Under the pieces are notes generated by a model. That model worked only from the letters and a program-made list of their open reading frames with translations. It had not been told where the DNA came from and did no database searches. Below, in pieces: positions 57,913 through 64,000 of a DNA stretch of 64,000 nucleotides. A program made the translations under genes and the position numbers. Every line of letters begins with the position of its first letter. Within the stretch, counting starts at the first letter, position 1. The DNA is from Candidatus Sumerlaeia bacterium (GTDB lineage Bacteria > Sumerlaeota > Sumerlaeia > SLMS01 > JANRJK01), in NCBI GenBank assembly GCA_033764015.1, contig JANRJK010000017.1:64001-128000 (forward strand), in the 5' to 3' direction.

Positions 57913-59150
57913 GCCGGATTCGCCTGCCGCGCCGCGGCGAGCAGGTCCGCCGCCGACATCCCCTTGAACGAGGCGATCCGTTCGATCGTCTCGCCGATGG
58001 CGCGGTTGGGGGTGCTGGCGCCCGCGGTGATGCCGAGGGTGAAGTGACCCTCCGGAAGCCAGCCGTCGACGAGGAGCAGATCGTTCTGCTTCGGCGGCTT
58101 GTGGCGGAGCTCCTTGGCGGAGAGCAGCTCCGCGGCGTCGCTAATGTGGTAGGTGGGGCACTTCTCGAGCCCCATGATCACCAGGTTGTTCGTGTTCGAC
58201 GAGTTATAGCCGCCGACCACCAGCATCAGGTCGATCCTCTCCTCGTCGAGAAGCGTCCGGATCGCGTCCTGCCGGTCCTGGGTGGCGGAGCAGATCGTGT
58301 CGAAGCTGCGGAAGTGCTCCGGCAGCGCCGCGGCGCCGTAGCGGTCCTTCATCGCGTCGCCGACCAGGCGCGCGATTTCGAGGGACTCGCTGGCGAGCAT
58401 CGTCGTCTGGTTCGCGACGCCGATCCTTGCGAGGTCGCGGGCGGGGTCGAACCCCTTGCTCAGGCCGAGCTTGAGCGTGTCGAGCACTTCGCGGGCGTCG
58501 CGCTGGCCGCGGATGAACCCGCAGACCAGTTCCGCCTGCGGAAGGTCTCGGACCACGATGTAGGGGCCGCCGTTGTTCGAGGCGTGGCTCGTGGTCGCGA
58601 TCGTCTCCTCGTGGTAGAACTTCCCGTGGATCAGCGAGGTGAAGCCGTCCTTGGCGTACTTCTCCACCCGCTTCCAGACGTGGACGACGGAGCCGCAGGT
58701 GGTGTCCACGATGATGCAGCCGCGGGACTTGTAGCGCTCCAGCTCCTCCACGCTGACGCCGAAGGCGGGGATCAGGACCACGTCCTCGGGCTGGATGTCG
58801 TCGATGGCGACGCCGCACTTGTGGTCGCCGGTGAGGAACTCGATCCCCATTTCGCGCATGCGGGCGTTCACGCGGGGGTTGTGGATCAGCTCCGTGGTGA
58901 GGAACAGGCGCCGGTCGGGGAACTTGCGGCGCGCCTCGTAGGCCATGTCGATGGCCTTGTCGACCCCGTAGCAGAAGCCGAACTCCTTGGCGAGGCGGAC
59001 GGAGAACGCCGGGGTGTCGAGGCGCTGGCCGTTGGCGCGCAGCTCGTCGACGATGGCGCTGTGGTAATCGCCCGCGACCTCCCCCTCGATCTCCTTCTTC
59101 AGGCCTAGGGAAGACTTGTAGTAGCGCTGGTCAGCGGTCTGCTGGGTCAT
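57909..59150 (-). CDS. ispH: 4-hydroxy-3-methylbut-2-enyl diphosphate reductase
   Basis: FGFCYGV, IHNP, DTTC, TICSATQDRQ, GGYNSSNT, TAGASTP. Confidence 0.95.
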   Translation of the reverse strand: MTQQTADQRYYKSSLGLKKEIEGEVAGDYHSAIVDELRANGQRLDTPAFSVRLAKEFGFCYGVDKAIDMAYEARRKFPDRRLFLTTELIHNPRVNARMREMGIEFLTGDHKCGVAIDDIQPEDVVLIPAFGVSVEELERYKSRGCIIVDTTCGSVVHVWKRVEKYAKDGFTSLIHGKFYHEETIATTSHASNNGGPYIVVRDLPQAELVCGFIRGQRDAREVLDTLKLGLSKGFDPARDLARIGVANQTTMLASESLEIARLVGDAMKDRYGAAALPEHFRSFDTICSATQDRQDAIRTLLDEERIDLMLVVGGYNSSNTNNLVIMGLEKCPTYHISDAAELLSAKELRHKPPKQNDLLLVDGWLPEGHFTLGITAGASTPNRAIGETIERIASFKGMSAADLLAAARQANPA

Positions 59151-59440
59151 CGGATCATCCTCATGGGAGGGGATGTTACGGCGGCGGCGCCGCCGATGCA
59201 AGGCGATGCGGCGGCCCGAGGACGGGGAAAGCGGAGCTCCGGGGTCCGCAAGTGTTCCGCCCGGATTCCCGGGCGCTGGTCCAATTCAGTTTCCCGGGAA
59301 GGAAATGCGATGGACTCGCCCCCCCGGCGGAATCCAGTATCCCGGGCAGTCGAAGCAGCCGGTACGGGGCGCGGGGACCGTTGACGTTCCGCCCGGGACG
59401 CCCCAGACCTATCCCGGACGAGGAGACCGCGATCGATCCG

Positions 59441-60022
59441 ATGGGACTATTGAACCCTTCAACTCGCTGGAGTTGCGCTTCCCTGTGGACGCGCCGCCGG
59501 AAGGGGTTTTCCTTCATCGAGGTCCTCGTTGTGCTCGCGATCATCACCATCGGCAGCACCATCGCCCTTTCCACCTACGCCGCGCAGGCCCGCCAAGCCT
59601 CGATCCAGACCACCAGCCAGCGCCTAAAGCGGGCCATGGTCTTCGCGAAGCAATACGCCGTCTCGAAGAACACCGAGGCCACGCTCTGGATCGACCTCGA
59701 CGAGCAGATTTTCTGGATCGACGAGACCCACCCGGCGGACGACCTGACGCTCGACCCGCCTCCGCCGCCGGTAGTGGCGAAGGTGCTAGAGCCGGAGCAG
59801 GTCCCCGTGCAGGCGGTCATCGACGAGGTCCGGGTGGGCAGCAGCCGGCCGACGAGGGCCGGTCGCGCCTTCGCCCGCTTCTCCTCCACCGGCGAGAACC
59901 CCTATTTCGGCGCCGCAGTGGTCCGCCGCGTCGACGACGCCTCCGACGCGGCGAAGGTGACCACCGTGCTGCTGCATCCCAACTCGAGCGACCCGCGGAT
60001 CCTTCCGCGGCGCCGCTTCTAG
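59441..60022 (+). CDS. Minor (pseudo)pilin, GspH/FimT-like
   Basis: RRRKG|FSFIEVLVVLAII prepilin motif. Confidence 0.85.
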   Translation: MGLLNPSTRWSCASLWTRRRKGFSFIEVLVVLAIITIGSTIALSTYAAQARQASIQTTSQRLKRAMVFAKQYAVSKNTEATLWIDLDEQIFWIDETHPADDLTLDPPPPPVVAKVLEPEQVPVQAVIDEVRVGSSRPTRAGRAFARFSSTGENPYFGAAVVRRVDDASDAAKVTTVLLHPNSSDPRILPRRRF

Positions 60023-60031
60023 GGGGGGCAA

Positions 60032-60454
60032 GTGCGCGCGCGCCGCGGCTTCACCTTCACCGAGGTCCTGGTCGCCCTCCTGGTGTTCCTCATCGGCATC
60101 GTCGGCGTGTGGGCCGTGTTCCCGGCTGCGCTCAAGTCGGTGCGCGAGTCCTCCGCGAAGGGGCGCGCCATCCTCCTGGCGCAGCAGAAGGTCGAGGAGA
60201 TGCGCCGCGACGCGAACTTGGCGAACTCCCTGATCAACGAAATCTCGGCTCTCCCGGCGCCCTCGACAGCGCTGCCGATGCCCACGGACGACTCGCTCAC
60301 CTACAGCTTCAGCGGCGAATCGCTGCAGTTCCCGGTCCCGGACGCCTCCGAGCCCGCCTCCACGCCCGGCGTTCCCCGCGTGATCGTCCGTTACGCGCCC
60401 GATTTCCGCGACACGGAGCCGGTGCTGTACGAGCTGAGGTTCCTCGGACCATGA
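60032..60454 (+). CDS. Minor (pseudo)pilin, GspI/PilV-like
   Basis: RRG|FTFTEVLVALLVFLIG; AILLAQQKVEE. Confidence 0.85.
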   Translation: MRARRGFTFTEVLVALLVFLIGIVGVWAVFPAALKSVRESSAKGRAILLAQQKVEEMRRDANLANSLINEISALPAPSTALPMPTDDSLTYSFSGESLQFPVPDASEPASTPGVPRVIVRYAPDFRDTEPVLYELRFLGP

Positions 60455-61416
60455 GGAACACGCTCCGCACCAGCCGCGCGGTGACCCTGACGGAACTCCT
60501 CGTCGCGATGGTGATCTCGGTCATCTTCGTGGGCAGCGTCGTCATGGTCTTCACCCTGACGCTCGACGCCTCCGACGAGACCCGCCGTTCGTCCGACGCC
60601 CACAACCGCGCCCGCGCCGCCGCGGAGGCGATCACCCAGGACCTCAAGTTCCTCCAGGTGGATCCGCTCCTTGGCATCACCGCCGACACGCTCGTCCTCG
60701 TGGATCAGCCGCTCGCCTACGGCGACCTGGTCGACAACGACCGCGACGGATTCCTCGACGAGGAAACCGTGGATGGAGCGGACGACGAGCCGACGACCGA
60801 CTGGGTTGACCAGCACCAGGTGGTGAACTTCCGCACCGAGCGCTCCGCCTACGTCGGCTTTCCCGACCTCGGCGACCTCGGCGTGGACGACGACACGGTG
60901 TTCTCGCGGGACCAGGTCGCGTTCCTCCGCACGTTGGGCCCCTCCGCGATCCCCGGCGTGCCGATCCGCGAGCGCGTGGCGTACCGCATCGACACCTTCG
61001 ACGGTGAGGACAACGTCCTCGTCCGCGAGGTGACGACCTTCGACCCGAGCGTCTCGCCCGACGTGACGGTGCTGGAGCCAGTGGTGTTCGATGTGGTGAG
61101 CCTCGACATTCTTGCCTGGAACTCGAACACCGACGGATTTGTTCCGGTGCAGCCCTACTGGCTCACGGCGTGGGACTCGTCGGCCTTTCCGTTTGGAACC
61201 CGTCCGCTGAACGCCCCGCTCGGGGTGCCGCCGTTCGCCTACCCGACATCGTTCTTCGTCCGTGTGGTGGTGAGCGCCGAGAAGGTCCCGCTGGCGGAGA
61301 TCGGCCCCTGGTTCCTGCAGAACCGCCCCCTCAAGACCGAAACAGCGCAGACCGTGGTGAACGTCGAGTCCGTCCTCGGCAGCGCCGAATACGCCGTCTA
61401 TGTGAGGGACCCTTGA
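60451..61416 (+). CDS. Minor (pseudo)pilin, GspJ/PilW-like
   Basis: RA|VTLTELLVAMVIS; ATGA overlap; acidic DNDRDGFLDEE loop. Confidence 0.8.
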   Translation: MRNTLRTSRAVTLTELLVAMVISVIFVGSVVMVFTLTLDASDETRRSSDAHNRARAAAEAITQDLKFLQVDPLLGITADTLVLVDQPLAYGDLVDNDRDGFLDEETVDGADDEPTTDWVDQHQVVNFRTERSAYVGFPDLGDLGVDDDTVFSRDQVAFLRTLGPSAIPGVPIRERVAYRIDTFDGEDNVLVREVTTFDPSVSPDVTVLEPVVFDVVSLDILAWNSNTDGFVPVQPYWLTAWDSSAFPFGTRPLNAPLGVPPFAYPTSFFVRVVVSAEKVPLAEIGPWFLQNRPLKTETAQTVVNVESVLGSAEYAVYVRDP

Positions 61417-63833
61417 TGACGATCCGAGTGTACCGCGCGCGCCGCGGCTCGACGCTGCTGATCGTCCTCGGCGTCCTGTCGCTCTTCATCCTGCTGGTGA
61501 CGACCGTATCGCTTTCGGGCCGACTCGATTCGGTCGCCGCGGCGAACTACGGCGCGCAGGTGCAGGACCGCTTTTCGACGCTCACCGGCGTCGCGCGGAC
61601 CGCCCGCGAGCTTGGCGCTTCGCTTCCGGAGGGCCCCTCCGCGGCGCTGCCCGCCCGCTTCGCTGGCGGGGTCTCGGCCTCCGCCGCCGACGGCGGGGTG
61701 CCCCCCGAGCTGCAGCCGCTCGCGCTCGGCGCGATGGCGCAGCTCCCCGGCGCCCGCGTCGAAGTCCGCGACGCCGCCGGCATGGTGAACCTCAACACCG
61801 CCCCCGAGCCCACCCTCCGCGCCCTGATCGCCCAGGTGGCCGCGCAGCGCGGCATCGCGGTCGACGCGGACTCGCTCGCGCGGGGTGCCGCCGCCTGGCG
61901 CCTCGGCCCCGACGGCGCACCCGGCGGGTCCGGCGTGGACGACGACGCGGACGAGCCCGAGCTGAACCGCCTCTCCCCCGACGCCGAGTCGGCCCTCGCC
62001 CGCCACGGCATGGCGCGCGACACGGTCCGCTCGCTCCACCAGCCCACCGACACGACCTTCCGCGGAGCCGCCCACATCGAGCGGGCCGAGCGCCTGCAGG
62101 AGCTCTTCAACGGCGTCGACGACCAGGACGAGTTCCTCGCCGACATCCGCCGCCCCGCCCATGGCGACGACCGGCGCTACCTCGCGGTGGAGGACCTCGG
62201 GCGAATCGAGGGCTTCACACCGGAACTCATCGAGGCGCTCCGCCCGCACGCGACGGTCTTCAGCGTCGCGCAGGAACTCCGCCCCGCCGCCGAAGGCGGT
62301 TGGAAGCCGCTCCTCGACCTGAACCGCGCCACCGTGGAGGAGATCCACTCCGCGCTCCGCGAGCTGTACGCCCACGAGGCGCCCGCCGGGACGCTCCCCG
62401 CCGAGGCCGCGCCCGGCGACGACGCGCTCCTCCAGTTCGCGCTCAACCTCGTGGACGCCCGCGATCCGGACCGCGTGCCGACGCGCCGCGCGGGCTCGGC
62501 GCCGGGCTCCGAGCTGTTCGGTTTCGAGCGCACGCCGCTCCTCACCGAGGCGTACACGCATCCCCGGCAGATCACGCTGCAGACTACCGACGGCCAGTTC
62601 GCCGCGATCCACAACCCGTGGCCCGAAGCGTTCGACCTCGCCGGCTGGTCGCTCCGCGGCGCGGGCGGCGAAGTGCCGCTCTCCGGCACGATCGCACCGC
62701 GCGGCTACCTGATCGTCACGAACGACAAGGACAACCGCAACGACTCCACCCCGGCCGCGGCGGGGGAGGGGTCGCTCTACGACATCTTCGGCGTGGCCGA
62801 GGTTCTGCCCGCGCGGCGCATCCTGGAAGCACGCCAGTTCCGCATGCCGAACCAACCCGGCGAGCACGAGATCGCCCTGACCGCCCCCGGCGGCGAGGTG
62901 GTGGACCGCTTCGCCTTCACGGTCACCGAGCGGCACGAAGCGGGCGTGGACTCGTTCCAGCGCGAAGCGCTCTTCTCGCGCGCCGTCACGCGCGGCCGGG
63001 CGCGCCTCTTCGCGGCGCCGAAGCAGCCGGTCGCCTCCGCGGAGGCGCTGGCCCGCCTTTCCCAGTACCCCCCCGACATGCCCTTCACCGCGACCACGCA
63101 GCTCTTCGACGTGCTGGCCGCCATCGGCCCCGGCTCCGAGCAGGAGGACGGCGTGCGGTTCCCGGCGCCCGGGCTCCGCCGCGGCGCGGACGCCGTCGGC
63201 GCCGAGTTGGACGCACGGCTGCTCGACATCTTCACGGTCGAAACGCGCGGACGCCGCCCGGCCGCGGACGTGGCGGCGAACCTGATGGACCAGGACGGCG
63301 ACGGCGAGCTGAACGACGCCAAGCGCCCCCGCCTAGATGAGTCCGCAAGCCCGCTCGCGGCTCCCACCAACTGGGAGGACTCGCGCGATCGCGGCTGGGA
63401 CCTCTACTTCGAGACACCGCTCGGGCTCCGACTCGGGTTGGTGAACCTCAACACGGCGTCGCGCGAGGTGCTGCGTTCGCTTCCGGGTGTCACCGCGGAG
63501 CAGGCTTCGCACATCCTCGAGCGCCGCAGCCGCGCGATGCTCCAAGGCGGCGGCGCGATGGTCTACTCGCGCCCCTCGGACCTGCTCGCGGACGCGCGGC
63601 TCTGGGAACTCGGCGGCGCGGAATCGGACGCGGAGCGGCTCGCCGCCTTCTCCGCGCTCTACGACGAGGCGACGTTCTCGACCCGCAGTTTTGTCCTTGT
63701 GGGCCGGGCTGGCGAGCAGCCTAATGAGTCAGGAAGCACCAGCCAACCGGCTATCGTCGAGGCCCTGGTCGCCACCGATCGGCTGGCGCCGCATGTGGTT
63801 GGCCTGAGGACCCGGCGGGAGGCGCGGCGCTGA
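61416..63833 (+). CDS. Large GspK/PilX-like protein with HhH motifs and lamin-tail-like domain
   Basis: RRG|STLLIVLGVL; VNLNTA (twice) and LDLNRA; LPGVT; IHNP..FDLAGWSL..IAPRGYLIV. Confidence 0.78.
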   Translation: MTIRVYRARRGSTLLIVLGVLSLFILLVTTVSLSGRLDSVAAANYGAQVQDRFSTLTGVARTARELGASLPEGPSAALPARFAGGVSASAADGGVPPELQPLALGAMAQLPGARVEVRDAAGMVNLNTAPEPTLRALIAQVAAQRGIAVDADSLARGAAAWRLGPDGAPGGSGVDDDADEPELNRLSPDAESALARHGMARDTVRSLHQPTDTTFRGAAHIERAERLQELFNGVDDQDEFLADIRRPAHGDDRRYLAVEDLGRIEGFTPELIEALRPHATVFSVAQELRPAAEGGWKPLLDLNRATVEEIHSALRELYAHEAPAGTLPAEAAPGDDALLQFALNLVDARDPDRVPTRRAGSAPGSELFGFERTPLLTEAYTHPRQITLQTTDGQFAAIHNPWPEAFDLAGWSLRGAGGEVPLSGTIAPRGYLIVTNDKDNRNDSTPAAAGEGSLYDIFGVAEVLPARRILEARQFRMPNQPGEHEIALTAPGGEVVDRFAFTVTERHEAGVDSFQREALFSRAVTRGRARLFAAPKQPVASAEALARLSQYPPDMPFTATTQLFDVLAAIGPGSEQEDGVRFPAPGLRRGADAVGAELDARLLDIFTVETRGRRPAADVAANLMDQDGDGELNDAKRPRLDESASPLAAPTNWEDSRDRGWDLYFETPLGLRLGLVNLNTASREVLRSLPGVTAEQASHILERRSRAMLQGGGAMVYSRPSDLLADARLWELGGAESDAERLAAFSALYDEATFSTRSFVLVGRAGEQPNESGSTSQPAIVEALVATDRLAPHVVGLRTRREARR

Positions 63834-63889
63834 TGTTGACGGTCCCGACGGCGCGTCCCATCTTTTCGACGTATGCGAAGGAGAATCGG

Positions 63890-64000
63890 ATGACTTCCTC
63901 CCAACGGCGACTCGACAGCGGCTTGCGCGCCACGCGGCGCGACCGGGGCTTCACGCTGGTCGAGCTCGTGATCGTGGGCGCGCTGATCGCGCTCTTCTCC
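63890..64000 (+). CDS. Prepilin-type protein (5' part only)
   Basis: Manual translation MTSSQRRLDSGLRATRRDRG|FTLVELVIVGALIALFS; AAGGAG RBS. Confidence 0.8.
   Translation, partial: MTSSQRRLDSGLRATRRDRGFTLVELVIVGALIALFS

Overview
High-GC chromosomal window. The protein families (expanded pseudopilins with 'YDPTNGTxSxG', secreted proteins with a short C-terminal W-x-L-Y-like tail) suggest a non-photosynthetic bacterium such as Candidatus Sumerlaeota/BRC1; this is inference only. Housekeeping and metabolic genes: gldAFG-like ABC system, lon, pfkA, metX, metY, two further Cys/Met PLP enzymes, metH, rpmE, glyQS, rlmI-like, ispH, a polyprenyl synthase and a T2SS/T4P minor-pilin operon. Standout locus: a tightly coupled 10-gene minus-strand operon (28679-34667) encoding a 2Fe-2S ferredoxin, two V4R proteins, a phycobiliprotein-like globin with the bilin-binding Cys, a Ser/Thr kinase, two ParA-like proteins and a divergent ferredoxin-dependent bilin reductase. 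It is best read as a bilin-based signalling module. Other sequence-level findings: five perfect TACG-N8-CGTA boxes defining a probable BlaI-family regulon (45184-53400), a shared C-terminal motif on four secreted proteins, and two paralogous cyclase-like/kinase/TM/TPR receptors. No rRNA, tRNA, CRISPR array or transposase was recognised.
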